From the NCBI GenBank assembly GCA_964291235.2, contig OZ219815.1, forward strand, positions 640,001-704,000: a stretch of 64,000 nucleotides of DNA, read 5' to 3'. Source of the stretch: Vicinamibacteria bacterium (lineage in GTDB: Bacteria; Acidobacteriota; Vicinamibacteria; Marinacidobacterales; Marinacidobacteraceae). A program made the translations under genes and the position numbers. Shown here piece by piece: positions 47,718-57,099 of this stretch (positions within the stretch are counted from its first letter, which is position 1; every line of letters starts with the position of its first letter). The notes below the pieces were generated by a model that ran no database searches, was not told where the DNA came from, and saw only the letters and a program-made list of their open reading frames with translations.

Positions 47718-49445
47718 TCAGGCCTCCCACTGCGGCGTGAAGTCGCGCTTCTTGCCGGGCTCGGAATAGTCGTAGGGCCAGCGATGGGCGTCGGGAATCT
47801 CCCCTTCCCAGTTTCCGTGTCCGGGCTGGGGCGGGGTGGACCACTCAAGCCCGGTGGCATTCCAGGGATTGGCGGTGGCCGGCGCTCCGCGACGCATGCT
47901 CGCAAAGTAGTTGTAGATGAAGATCAACTGACCGGTGAACAGCACGAAGGCGGAAATCGTGATGAACAGGTTCACCGGCTGCAGCGGCTGCAGGTACTCG
48001 TAAACGTTCGGGTCGTAGATGCGACGCATCATGCCCGAGACGCCCAGGTAGTGCATCGGGAAGAAGACCGCGTAGTAGGCGACGAAGGTGATCCAGAAAT
48101 GGATCTTCCCGAGACGCTCGCTCAGCATCCTGCCGAACATCTTGGGGTACCAGTAGTACACCGCCCCGAAGGCGCCGAAGAGCCCGGCGCCCGCCATGAT
48201 GAAGTGGAAGTGGCCGACGACGAAGTAGGTGTCGTGCAACTGGATGTCGACGGCGTTGGTCCCCAGGAAAATCCCGGTCAGACCGCCGGTCACGAACAGC
48301 GACACCACACCCAACCCGAACAGGGAGGCGCTCGTGAACTGGATCCGGGCCCGGGCGATGGTGAACAGCCAGTTGAACGCCTTGACCGCCGAGGGGATGG
48401 CGATCGCGAGGGTCGTCACCACGAACAGGCTGCCGAGGAACGGGCTCATCCCGCTCACGAACATGTGGTGTCCCCAGACCAGGAAGCTCAGCGTGCCGAT
48501 CGCCCAGATGGCGTACACCATCGACTTGTAGCCGAAGATCGGCCGGCGGCAGAAGGTTGCCAGGATGTCCGAGGTGAACCCCATGGCCGGCAGCATGATG
48601 ATGTAGACCTCGGGGTGCCCGAGGAACCAGAAGAGGTGCTGCCAGAGCAACGGCGTGCCACCCTCGTGGGGCATCAGGGTGTCGCCGATGAAGATGCCGG
48701 CCGGAAGGAAGAAACTGGTTCCGAGCGACCGGTCGAACGTCAGCAGCAGGGCACCGGCGGCCAGGGCCGGGAAGGACAGCAGTCCCAGGATGCCGACCAC
48801 GAACTGCGCCCAGGTGGTCAGCGGCATTCGCATCATCCGGAGCCCCTTCGTTCTGAGGTTCAGGATGGTCACGACAAAGTTCAATCCGCCCATCGTGAAC
48901 GACGCCACGAAGAAGATCATCCCGACGAGCCACAGGGTCTGGCCCAGGTCGGAACCGGGTATGGCGCTGCGGATGGCCGACAGCGGCGGATAGGCGGTCC
49001 ACCCGGAGGCAGCCGCACCGCCCTCGACGAAGAACGAGATGATGATGATGATCGCGCCGGGAACCACCGTCCAGAAGGACAGCATGTTCAGGAAGGGGAA
49101 CGCCATGTCGCGCGCCCCGATCTGGAGGGGAATCAGGAAGTTTCCGAATCCGCTGACCGGCAACAGCGAAAGCAGGAAGAACACCATGATCGTCCCGTGC
49201 ATGGTGAACAGCGAGACGTAGAACTCGGGGGTCATGATCCCGCTGGCCATGCCGACGGGAAACAGGTTCTCGAGAAACGGCCAGGGCGCCGACGGGAAGC
49301 CAAGCTGGAGCCGGATCAACACCGCCAGGATCCCGCCGATGAACCCCATGGTCATCGCGAGCGTGAAGTACTGCTTGCCGATCATCTTGTGATCGAAGCT
49401 GAAGACGTACTTGCTCACGAAGCTTTGCTTTGCGCCGTGCTCCAT
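47718..49445 (-). CDS. ctaD: Heme-copper oxidase subunit I, type A1
   Basis: DHKMIG, TMHGT, GARDMAFP, GWTAYPPL, GHPEVY, WGHH, HDTYFVVGHFH. Confidence 0.96.
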   Translation of the reverse strand: MEHGAKQSFVSKYVFSFDHKMIGKQYFTLAMTMGFIGGILAVLIRLQLGFPSAPWPFLENLFPVGMASGIMTPEFYVSLFTMHGTIMVFFLLSLLPVSGFGNFLIPLQIGARDMAFPFLNMLSFWTVVPGAIIIIISFFVEGGAAASGWTAYPPLSAIRSAIPGSDLGQTLWLVGMIFFVASFTMGGLNFVVTILNLRTKGLRMMRMPLTTWAQFVVGILGLLSFPALAAGALLLTFDRSLGTSFFLPAGIFIGDTLMPHEGGTPLLWQHLFWFLGHPEVYIIMLPAMGFTSDILATFCRRPIFGYKSMVYAIWAIGTLSFLVWGHHMFVSGMSPFLGSLFVVTTLAIAIPSAVKAFNWLFTIARARIQFTSASLFGLGVVSLFVTGGLTGIFLGTNAVDIQLHDTYFVVGHFHFIMAGAGLFGAFGAVYYWYPKMFGRMLSERLGKIHFWITFVAYYAVFFPMHYLGVSGMMRRIYDPNVYEYLQPLQPVNLFITISAFVLFTGQLIFIYNYFASMRRGAPATANPWNATGLEWSTPPQPGHGNWEGEIPDAHRWPYDYSEPGKKRDFTPQWEA

Positions 49446-49502
49446 CGCTTTTCTCCAGTCCTTTAGTGGGGTCCGCTGCCTCGACTGCGCTGATCCGCTC
49501 CG

Positions 49503-50351
49503 CTATTCCGCCGCCGGAGACGCCGCGGCGACTTCGGTCGCCGGCGCGTTCTCCGCCAGCCACTGCCGGTAATCGGCCTCTTCCATGACCTCGAGGAAGG
49601 CGCGCATCCGATAGTGGCCCAGCCCGCACAGTTCGGCGCAGGCCACTTCGTAGCTTCCAGTCTTGACTGGCGTGAACCACACCTCGGTGGTCATCCCCGG
49701 CACCAGGTCGTTCTTGACCCGAAAGTTGGGCAGGAAGAAGGCGTGCTGGACGTCCTTCGACCGCAGGAGGATCCGCGCCGGACGGTTTACGGGAAGCACC
49801 AGCTGGTTGGTGAGGACCCAGTCGTCGCCGGCCGCGGCGTCGCTCTCGTCAAGACCGATCTGATTGTCGATGGCGTAGAGCGTCGGGTCGAAACGGCCGA
49901 ACTCACCGTCGGCGCCCGGATAGTGGAAGTCCCACTGAAACTGGGCTCCGACCGCCATCACTGTCACCGCATCGTCAGGCGCCGGCCCCCGCACCCGATC
50001 CCAATAGATCAATCCGGTGAAGACGATCGGGATGAGGATGACCGCGGTGCCGATCGTCCAGGTGAGTTCGAGCTTGTGGCTCTCGTGCCAATGGCTCGAC
50101 TCGGCGCCGGGCCGGTCCCCGCGGTACCGGTAGATGACGTAGCCGAGCGCGAGCTGATAGAGGATGTACGCGGCCCCGGTGATCCCGAGGATCACATAGT
50201 AGAGGTTGTCCAGGTAGCCGCGATCGGAAGCCAGCTCGGGCACGCCGTAGCGAACGTAATAGAGCGACGAGAGCACCACGATCGCCCAGATGACGACCGC
50301 CATGGCGATCCCCTGAAGACTTCCGCGGCTTCCCTTCGGTTCATCGGCCAT
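49503..50351 (-). CDS. ctaC: Cytochrome c oxidase subunit II (CuA)
   Basis: LELTWT, QFQW, DVQH, CAELCGLGHYRM; no fused heme c. Confidence 0.95.
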   Translation of the reverse strand: MADEPKGSRGSLQGIAMAVVIWAIVVLSSLYYVRYGVPELASDRGYLDNLYYVILGITGAAYILYQLALGYVIYRYRGDRPGAESSHWHESHKLELTWTIGTAVILIPIVFTGLIYWDRVRGPAPDDAVTVMAVGAQFQWDFHYPGADGEFGRFDPTLYAIDNQIGLDESDAAAGDDWVLTNQLVLPVNRPARILLRSKDVQHAFFLPNFRVKNDLVPGMTTEVWFTPVKTGSYEVACAELCGLGHYRMRAFLEVMEEADYRQWLAENAPATEVAAASPAAE

Positions 50352-50450
50352 CTGACGTTTCTCCTGGGTGTTGCTGACGGGCCGCCCGTTGGCTCCGGCT
50401 TCCCGCCCGGGCTTCGATCAGGAATCCCAAGTGATGATGATCCAACCGGA

Positions 50451-53258
50451 TCAGCGGTCGTAGTTCATCAGGTAGGAGGCTACCGCGCGCATCTGCGCCA
50501 TCGGGTCGCCATCCAGAACGTCCGGCAACGGTGTGATCCGGTTCCCCTGTTGATCGGTAGGCCAGAACTGCGGCATTTGCGTTCCCGGAGTCACGGACTG
50601 GGGGTCGAGCAGCCAATCCACGATCCAGTCGTGGGTGAGACGTTCTCCCGAGAGCCGGAAGGACGGCGCCAACTGGGAAGCCTCCATGCTGCCGGCCGCC
50701 GCCGCGATGTGGCAGCGCTCGCACTGGAGTTGGTCGAGGAGCTGAGCGCCGACCCGGAGCTCCGCCCGGTCATACACCCGGTCCTGCTCGTCATCGAACG
50801 GCTGAGCGCCGTCCATCGCGAGGAAACCGGAGATGAGGGTGTTCGATTCCTCGTTGGTGAAGTTGAAGCTGGGCATCCGGACGTTCAGCCAGAACCGCAC
50901 CTCGCTCGGGTCCTGAAGGAAGTGGTAGAGCCAGTCGGCCTGCGTCCTGCTGCCCTGGGTGTGCAGGTCGGGCGGCCGCATTCCGGTGTCTTCGATCGTC
51001 TCGTAGATCCCTCCACCGACGCCGTCAATGAGATGGCAGCCGCGGCAGTTGTAGTTGTGGATGAGGTGGCGGGCCTCCTCGGCGACGGCCTCGGCCGCCG
51101 AGAGCGTCTTGACTCCCTCCTGCGGGAACTCGTCGCGCACCAGGCCCAGCACGTTCCGGACGATGTGCCGCTGGTCGCCGTCGGTGAAACCGAACTGCGG
51201 CATGCGGAGTTTCTCGGCCGGGCTCTTGACCTTCCCCCGGTCGTAGCTGCGGGGGCTGGCCAACTTCTGCTCCAGCCACGCCTGACGGGTATGCGGGATG
51301 TCGATGTAGCCGAAGTCCAGGCGGGTGACCATCTTCGATCCCCAGGTCGAGAGGTCCACGCCGATCTTCTGAGCGTCCTCGAAGCCGCCGATCTCGTGGC
51401 AGCCGAAGCAGCCGTGCCGGCGAATCAACCATTCACCGGAAAAGAGCAACTTGTCCCGCTCCGACATTTCGGCGAGGCGCTCGGCAGCCATCGCATCCGG
51501 GAGACTGGTCCTCAGGAACTCGCGCGTGATCTCGTCGAGCTGATCGCCGTCGGCCTGCGGGACAGCCATCGCGGCGAACGGGGCAGCCTCGAGCTCCATC
51601 AGCCAGGTGGTGATGTCCGCGGCCTCCTGGTTCGTGAGCCGGAGGTCCGGCATGTAGGTCTCTTCCCAATAGTGCCTGGGATTCCTGACCCATTCGAAGA
51701 CGAAGCCCGCATCCAGCTTGGTGCCGGTGCCGGTAAGTGCCGGACCGCGCCGGCGATAGATGCTTGCCTGGTCGTAGCCGCTCTCGTCGATGAGGTGGCA
51801 CCCGAGGCAACCCAGCTCGCTGACCAGCGCCTCGCCGCGCGCCGCGTTTCCTGCCGGGGGAGCCGCGTAGTCGGCATCATCGGTCGAGTGCTCGAAGACG
51901 TACTCCACGATCGCCGCGACCTCGGTGTCGTTGCGAGCCTCGAGTTCGGAGTCCGGGTTGTTGTCGAGATTCCAGAAAGTCGGCATCCAGGTCGAGGGCC
52001 GGAAGTTCTTCGGGTCCCGAATCCAGCGCGCCACGAAGTCGCGATCGGTCTTGTGAGCGATTTGCTTGAGCGACGGCCCGCGGTTCCGCTTGTCCTCGTA
52101 GCCGACCGTGTTGTGACACCCCCAGCAGCCGGCGAGTTCATAGGTCATCCGGCTCTGGTTGAGCTTTTGCGCTCCGGGAATGAAGACCTGATCGCGGTGA
52201 CACTTGATACAGCCCGCTTCGGTGAGGTCCGTCTGGTACATCGGGCTGTCCCAGTAGTGGTCTTCCTTCCAGCCGCGCTGCTCCATCCACGCGTGTTCTT
52301 CCTCAACCGACTCGGGAGTGTGGGTCGCGCCGCTGAAACTCAGCTTGCGTCCACGCCCCAGGTGACAGGACGTGCAGCCGAAGTCGTCCACCGGGTGGTT
52401 GGACTCGCGACTGACGAAGATGTCCAGGTCCGGATGGGTGGTGAAGGGCTGGGGCGCGTCCGCGTAATCGGGGTTGTCGATCCCGAGGTGACAGGTCTGG
52501 CAGCGGTCGATCCGCGGCACCTGGGCAAAGTTGAGTTCTTCGGTGACGTTCCGGACGAGTACCTGCTGGACTTCGATGGACGGATCGATGAAGTCCACGA
52601 CGGGCAGGTTGCGGAAGGTGTTCGGGAAGCTGGGCGCGAGGCTGTCGAGCTTGTTGCGGGCGAGCGTCACGGCCTGGGTCAGCTCTTCCATGCCTCCCGC
52701 GAGTTCCGTCACGCTGGATCTCCGCTCGCGGACTTCGGCTCGCTTGCCGGTCAAATCGAAGTCGAGAGCCACCCGGACATCCCGGGCTTCGAAGAAGCTC
52801 GCTTCGAGCGCCTGGAATTCCTCGTCGCTCACCGCCCTGCCGAGCGGCGTGCCCCGCTCGCGGGTCTCCTCGTAGTAGAACTTGTCGGAGTCGTACACCG
52901 CCTTGATCTCGCGCTCGCGGATGTCCGCCAGCGTGCGGCGTTCGTCGAGGTCGGCGATTTCCGCCTCCAGGGCTGCAAGGGCGGCCTGCTCGGCGGCGAG
53001 TGCCGTCTCGGCCTGCTGGAGTTCGGCCTGGATGCGCTGCAGTTCCGCCTGGTTGATCCCCTGCTGCGCCTCCTGGATCTGACGCACCGTCAGGTCGCGC
53101 TCCATCTGGACGAATTCGCGCTGGAAGCCCTTCCACTCCCGCGAGTAGTCGAACCAGATCATCCACACGGTTGCGAAGAGGAGGAAAACGCTCGAAACCG
53201 CGAAGATGATGTTCAGCTTCGAGATGTCGTGGGCGTGGCCGGGAGCGACTTTGGACAC
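50451..53258 (-). CDS. Membrane-anchored octaheme c-type cytochrome
   Basis: Eight CxxCH motifs (CQTCH, CTSCH, CIKCH, CWGCH, CLGCH, CFGCH, CRGCH, CERCH); N-terminal TM helix and coiled-coil-like segment. Confidence 0.92.
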   Translation of the reverse strand: MSKVAPGHAHDISKLNIIFAVSSVFLLFATVWMIWFDYSREWKGFQREFVQMERDLTVRQIQEAQQGINQAELQRIQAELQQAETALAAEQAALAALEAEIADLDERRTLADIREREIKAVYDSDKFYYEETRERGTPLGRAVSDEEFQALEASFFEARDVRVALDFDLTGKRAEVRERRSSVTELAGGMEELTQAVTLARNKLDSLAPSFPNTFRNLPVVDFIDPSIEVQQVLVRNVTEELNFAQVPRIDRCQTCHLGIDNPDYADAPQPFTTHPDLDIFVSRESNHPVDDFGCTSCHLGRGRKLSFSGATHTPESVEEEHAWMEQRGWKEDHYWDSPMYQTDLTEAGCIKCHRDQVFIPGAQKLNQSRMTYELAGCWGCHNTVGYEDKRNRGPSLKQIAHKTDRDFVARWIRDPKNFRPSTWMPTFWNLDNNPDSELEARNDTEVAAIVEYVFEHSTDDADYAAPPAGNAARGEALVSELGCLGCHLIDESGYDQASIYRRRGPALTGTGTKLDAGFVFEWVRNPRHYWEETYMPDLRLTNQEAADITTWLMELEAAPFAAMAVPQADGDQLDEITREFLRTSLPDAMAAERLAEMSERDKLLFSGEWLIRRHGCFGCHEIGGFEDAQKIGVDLSTWGSKMVTRLDFGYIDIPHTRQAWLEQKLASPRSYDRGKVKSPAEKLRMPQFGFTDGDQRHIVRNVLGLVRDEFPQEGVKTLSAAEAVAEEARHLIHNYNCRGCHLIDGVGGGIYETIEDTGMRPPDLHTQGSRTQADWLYHFLQDPSEVRFWLNVRMPSFNFTNEESNTLISGFLAMDGAQPFDDEQDRVYDRAELRVGAQLLDQLQCERCHIAAAAGSMEASQLAPSFRLSGERLTHDWIVDWLLDPQSVTPGTQMPQFWPTDQQGNRITPLPDVLDGDPMAQMRAVASYLMNYDR

Positions 53259-53353
53259 AGGTGTTCCCTAATTGGTCAACAAGATGCGGGGCGCTGCAAT
53301 CGCGCGCTGGACCGCTGCCGGAATCGCGGCGCCAGGCGCCGCGGGGGTGGGGG

Positions 53354-53378
53354 GTGGGGAGGGGCGTCCCCTCCCCAC
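53354..53378. repeat. G/C-rich palindromic repeat (family C)
   Basis: Perfect stem GTGGGGAGGGG/CCCCTCCCCAC. Confidence 0.55.
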
Positions 53379-53421
53379 GAAAAATGCTTGGAGCGAATCG
53401 CGCAGCGAGGCGCTCCAACAT

Positions 53422-53513
53422 GCAGGGGTGGAAGCGCCCCCGATCCCAAGGTGCGGGAAACCCGGTTCGCTTCCGGGCACTGGCGGGATAAGGGGCGCTT
53501 CTACCACTGCTAG
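53422..53513. repeat. Inverted-repeat element ending in CTAG at the petD-like stop codon
   Basis: GCAGGGGTGGAAGCGCCCC / GGGGCGCTTCTACCACTGC(TAG). Confidence 0.6.
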
Positions 53514-54631
53514 ATGTTGAAGAAAATTTCCGGGAAGGCGACGATGTATTTCAGGTTGAAAGCCCAGCGCAGATACATCTTGATCGGCAGGCTCATCATC
53601 ATCAGGAACAGGCTGATCCCGACGTAGTACCGGGTGGCGCCCATCTTGTCGTAGTACCTGTGGCAGCTCAGCCACTTCAGTCCGGGGGGGAGTCGGTCCC
53701 GCGGCCACGACATCATCACCGGAAGGACGAACAGGTAGGCCCCCACCATCAGGATTCCGAGCCATTCGCGCATGAGCGCGGCGAAGAATCCGCCGGTCGG
53801 CAGCGGTTGCCCGAGGAGCTTCACCCAGAAGAAATCGGAGACGTTGACGTTCAGCAGCGGTTCCACCCGGTGGACGTCCCAGTACTCGTAGGGGCCGAAG
53901 AAGTTCCAGTTGGGACCCCTCAGGAACGTGCCCGAAACCACCAGCAGGCACCAGAGGATCAGGAAGCCGAAAAGGAAGATGACGATCTCGGCCTTCCGCT
54001 CCTTGAAGGTGAAGTAGCCGTTGCCCTTGGGGTTCGTGTCGATGTAGGGAATCGCCATCAGGCCCACGATGATCAGGGTGGGAAACACCACTCCCGCAAG
54101 CCACGGGTCGAAATAGACGAGCATCTCCTGGAGTCCGAGGAAGTACCAGGGGGCCTTCGAGGGATTCGGAGAATCGGCAGGGTTCGCCGGCTGCTCGAGC
54201 GGCGCCGCCAACAGGATGGACCACACGAGCAGCACGACGCTCAGCAACACCATCGCCAGCATCTCGGTGTAAACGAGATCCGGCCACACCCAGACCTTTT
54301 CGGACTCCTTCTTCTCGAGAACCTCACCTTCCCCCGCGGTCCGTTTGTCGTTCTCGATCCCCTGGTGCATCGCGTACCAGGTGAAGAAGAAGACCAGGAA
54401 GATGACCCCGGTGATCGGGATGTTGTCGGGCTTCGCGACGATCAGCAGGAAGTCGGGATCCCACATGCTCGCGGTGTAGAAGACGGCAAGCAGCGCGAAG
54501 AACACCTTCGCGGAGGTCTTGCTCCAGACCTGGGTGAAGCGGAACGCGAGCAGGAGACCGAGCGTCGCGATCGTGAAGAGGACCGTAGGCCCCGAGGCCC
54601 AGTTGACGAGGTCCCTGAAGAGGTCGGTCAC
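53510..54631 (-). CDS. Cytochrome b C-terminal subunit (PetD/subunit IV-like) with extra TM helices
   Basis: VWPDLVY, APLEQPANP...SKAPWYFLGLQE, IPYID. Confidence 0.88.
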   Translation of the reverse strand: MTDLFRDLVNWASGPTVLFTIATLGLLLAFRFTQVWSKTSAKVFFALLAVFYTASMWDPDFLLIVAKPDNIPITGVIFLVFFFTWYAMHQGIENDKRTAGEGEVLEKKESEKVWVWPDLVYTEMLAMVLLSVVLLVWSILLAAPLEQPANPADSPNPSKAPWYFLGLQEMLVYFDPWLAGVVFPTLIIVGLMAIPYIDTNPKGNGYFTFKERKAEIVIFLFGFLILWCLLVVSGTFLRGPNWNFFGPYEYWDVHRVEPLLNVNVSDFFWVKLLGQPLPTGGFFAALMREWLGILMVGAYLFVLPVMMSWPRDRLPPGLKWLSCHRYYDKMGATRYYVGISLFLMMMSLPIKMYLRWAFNLKYIVAFPEIFFNI

Positions 54632-54689
54632 TGTCTCAACTCGTCGCGGCCGGAGCGTTTTCTCTCAAACGTGGAATCGGAACACGGAC

Positions 54690-55490
54690 CTACATCGGCC
54701 CCGAGATACCCCCGTCCTTGCGGACCCGCCAGAAGTGCACTGCCATGAGGAAGGCGGCGACCAGGGGTAACCCGACACAGTGAAGGACGTAGAAGCGGAG
54801 GAGCGTCGGCTGCCCGACGGAGCGAGCACCCAACAGCGCGAAGCGCGCATCGTTCCCCGAATTGATGAGGTTGATGTCCCCCAGGGTGAGGGACGCCGTT
54901 AGCGGACCTTCCGTCCCCAGCAGCGGAGTGGCGCGGGCCATGTTGGAGCCGACCGCGATCGCCCAGATCGCGAGCTGGTCCCAGGGCAGCAGGTAGCCGG
55001 TGAAGGAGAGGAGCAGGGTGAGGACCAGGAGGACCACCCCGATACCCCAGTTGAACTCTCTCGGCGGCTTGTAGGAGCCCGTCATGAAGACGCGCAGCAT
55101 GTGGAGCCACACGGTGATCACCATCGCATGCGCGCCCCAGCGATGGAGTTCCCGCATGATGCCAAGCGGCACATGCTCCTGCAGGTCCACGATGTCCGCG
55201 TAGGCGTATTCGACCGTGGGCCGGTAATAGAACATCAGGAGCAAACCGGTGAGGGTGAGGACCAGGAAGAGGAAGAAGGTGATCCCTCCCATGCACCAGG
55301 TATAGCGGAGCTTGATTCCCGCCTTCCGGGACTTGACCGGATGCAGGTGCAGGAACACGTTGCTCATCATCACGAGCGCCCGGTTCCGGTTGCTGACCGG
55401 TTTGCCGTGACGGAAGATCGAGGTCCAGACCTGCGAGTCCGTCGCTTCCTTCCACGCCGTGGAGAGGGGGGCCAGGATGCGTTTCAACAT
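54690..55490 (-). CDS. Cytochrome b N-terminal subunit (cytochrome b6-like)
   Basis: WCMGG, LHRWGAH...[25 protein letters not shown]...VHF, GISGPM. Confidence 0.95.
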   Translation of the reverse strand: MLKRILAPLSTAWKEATDSQVWTSIFRHGKPVSNRNRALVMMSNVFLHLHPVKSRKAGIKLRYTWCMGGITFFLFLVLTLTGLLLMFYYRPTVEYAYADIVDLQEHVPLGIMRELHRWGAHAMVITVWLHMLRVFMTGSYKPPREFNWGIGVVLLVLTLLLSFTGYLLPWDQLAIWAIAVGSNMARATPLLGTEGPLTASLTLGDINLINSGNDARFALLGARSVGQPTLLRFYVLHCVGLPLVAAFLMAVHFWRVRKDGGISGPM

Positions 55491-55509
55491 GACGCCCCTT
55501 GCCTCCGGA

Positions 55510-56094
55510 TTACGTCAGGGAGAGGAAGGAAGCGGGATCTTCCCACTGCCCCGCTTCGAACTTGAAGAGACGCGACTTGTCGATCAGAACCTGACCGTCC
55601 TCGGCGAGGCTCACCCCCACCCGCTCGAGCGGCCGGGGCGCCGGTCCCTCGAAGTTGATTCCCGAGGCGTAGAACCCGCTGCCGTGGCACGGGCACTTGA
55701 ACTTGCTCTCGGCTTCGAGCCAGTTCGGGGTGCACCCCAGGTGAGTGCAAATGGTGGAGAGCGCGTAGATCCCCTCCTCGTCGCGGACGATCCAGACCTG
55801 GTAACGCTCCTTGAAGCGCGTATCCACCACACCGATCGCGAAATCGTCCGGAAAACCGGCCGTGAACGTCGAGGGCGGCTCCGTGAGGACGTTCGGGAAC
55901 ATGAACCGGCCCATCGCGGTAAGCCCGGCCGCCATCGCCGCCGTGAACACGGCCCAGCCGATGGCCAGGAACGGGAACTCCCGGCGGGTGACCTTCTTCG
56001 CGGCGCTGGCAGCCCGCCTCGGGGCCGGCTTTGCCGCGGCAGGTTTTTCGGCCCCTGGTTTGCCGGGTGCTGGACTGGCCGGAGGTTCAGGCAT
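55510..56094 (-). CDS. Rieske [2Fe-2S] subunit
   Basis: Tat-like TRREF plus TM helix; CTHLGC, CPCHGS, GPAPRPL. Confidence 0.96.
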   Translation of the reverse strand: MPEPPASPAPGKPGAEKPAAAKPAPRRAASAAKKVTRREFPFLAIGWAVFTAAMAAGLTAMGRFMFPNVLTEPPSTFTAGFPDDFAIGVVDTRFKERYQVWIVRDEEGIYALSTICTHLGCTPNWLEAESKFKCPCHGSGFYASGINFEGPAPRPLERVGVSLAEDGQVLIDKSRLFKFEAGQWEDPASFLSLT

Positions 56095-56180
56095 GGGTGG
56101 AATTCGGAAGGGTTGGATCGGCGCGGGATTCTAACGGAAGCCCTCGAAAATCGGATTATGGATTTTGTCCGGCAACCTGC

Positions 56181-57080
56181 TCACCGGGGCGCCTCGGGGA
56201 CGCCCGGGCTGCCGGCCGTCCCGCCGCCCGCAAGCGCCGCAAGGGCTGCCCCCCGGACCCTGAGGTCCGGATCGCCGGCGGCCACCTCCTCGAGCCGGGC
56301 CCGGATCGCCGGAACGTCGAGCACTCCCGCCGCCTGGACGGCGCTCAGCCGGGCGAGCGTCCGCTCCCCGTCCAGCATTCCCGGCACGCCGGTCCAGTAG
56401 TCCGGCTCCATCATGCCAAGCAACCGGTCGGCAGCGGCTTGGTCACCGATCCGGGCGAGCGCCACCACCGCGTTCACCGAGACATCGAGAACCGGATCGC
56501 TAACAGCCCGCCGGAGCGCGTCGGCGCCGGCGGGATGGCCGATGGCGCCGAGCCCATAGACCGCCATGGTGCGCAGCCCCGCGTCGTCGGCCCGGCTGGC
56601 TTCGCCGAGTGCGGAAACCGCGGTTTCTCCGCCGATGGACCCGAGCGCCCACGCGGCATAGACGCGGACGGTTTCATCCGGATCGGACAGCGCGTTCGCC
56701 AACGAGGGAACGGCGCTGGGCTCGGCGAGCGTCCCGAGCGCGAGGGCCAGGTACTGGCGCACCCAGGGGTCCGCCGGCGTCTCCGCCTCGTCAAAAGCGC
56801 GTACCAGGTCCGGCCCGAGGGCGCCGAACTCCCCCGGCTCGCCGTGCTGAATGCGGTTGGCGAGTTCGAATGCCGCCTGCCGCCGCTCCCGGTGCCCCCC
56901 GGAACGCATCCGCTGGAGGTGTTCTTCCGCGGTGGTGTCGTCAGAGACGAGCCACGCGAATCCGAGAAAGATCCCGACGCCGAGCACCACCACCAGCATC
57001 GGGATTACGAAGAACTGGAGCAGCGTGCGTCCGAACGAAATGTCGCCCGGGTCTGGTGCGGGCGGCGTCTGGTCGGTCAT
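56181..57080 (-). CDS. Membrane-anchored HEAT-repeat protein
   Basis: Single TM helix, then repeats such as VRQYLALALG, VRVYAAWALG, LRTMAVYGLG. Confidence 0.85.
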   Translation of the reverse strand: MTDQTPPAPDPGDISFGRTLLQFFVIPMLVVVLGVGIFLGFAWLVSDDTTAEEHLQRMRSGGHRERRQAAFELANRIQHGEPGEFGALGPDLVRAFDEAETPADPWVRQYLALALGTLAEPSAVPSLANALSDPDETVRVYAAWALGSIGGETAVSALGEASRADDAGLRTMAVYGLGAIGHPAGADALRRAVSDPVLDVSVNAVVALARIGDQAAADRLLGMMEPDYWTGVPGMLDGERTLARLSAVQAAGVLDVPAIRARLEEVAAGDPDLRVRGAALAALAGGGTAGSPGVPEAPR

Positions 57081-57099
57081 TTGCGGTTCCTGCGGCACG

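Noticed and set aside
49614-53513. 1299-aa plus-strand ORF, and many similar long ORFs such as 36522-38972, 2866-4851 and 47562-49466
   Set aside because: Antisense shadows of well-supported genes in high-GC DNA, with no recognisable motifs.
50451-56094. Alternative complex III (Act) or a nitrite/hydroxylamine-type octaheme enzyme
   Set aside because: No molybdopterin-like ActB or NrfD subunit and no CxxCK. The Rieske and cytochrome b genes define a Rieske/cytb complex.
56131-56181. Further family A MITE at the HEAT gene stop
   Set aside because: The termini are too degenerate to list as a feature, so it is mentioned only as a possible relic.
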